From NCBI GenBank assembly GCA_038087875.1, contig CM075989.1, positions 4,774,001 to 4,838,000 of the forward strand: a stretch of DNA of 64,000 bases, read 5' to 3'. Every line of letters begins with the position of its first letter. Positions within the stretch are counted from its first letter, which is position 1. This DNA is from Malacoraja senta. Taxonomy: Eukaryota. The position numbers and the translations under genes were made by a program. Below the pieces are notes generated by a model. The model saw nothing but the letters and a program-made list of their open reading frames with translations, did no database searches and was not told where the DNA came from. Below are positions 63,937 to 64,000 of this stretch, piece after piece.

Positions 63937-64000
63937 ATGTTACTGTTCCAGATTGGGTCGACTTGGAGCTGTCTGAAACCTCGCAGCAAAATGTTTCCTT
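63937..64000 (+). CDS. TICRR: Treslin coding exon 5 (runs off window end)
   Basis: Acceptor ttttcttttcgtctggaAG|; (D)VTVPDWVDLELSETSQ, phase-compatible with exon 4. Confidence 0.75.
   Translation, partial: MLLFQIGSTWSCLKPRSKMFP

Overview
Repeat-rich vertebrate DNA, most likely from a cartilaginous fish (skate/ray-like), judged from its CR1, L2, Rex, Penelope and HE1-type V-SINE content. The only intact host gene recognised is the 5' part of TICRR (Treslin) on the + strand: five coding exons with phase-compatible GT-AG junctions (53995-54594, 60428-60740, 62173-62408, 62638-62875, 63937-end). The most striking feature is just upstream of TICRR: an array of CCAAT boxes phased at almost exactly 31 bp with diverged spacers. 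A young Penelope retroelement with a 15-bp TSD splits this array and carries a minimal hammerhead-ribozyme core. The upstream ~52 kb is intergenic. It holds CR1, L2, L1, Tx1, Rex/Babar and Penelope retroelements, Penelope-derived fold-back mini-elements, four Harbinger MITEs and a P/hAT-type MITE. It also holds a ZFP36-family pseudogene split by a full-length L2, an ECHDC3 retrocopy with a second inverted ECHDC3 fragment, and several local duplications. Probable Helitron termini lie in TICRR intron 1. Repeat boundaries are approximate unless a TSD is given. All family assignments are by eye, with no database search.
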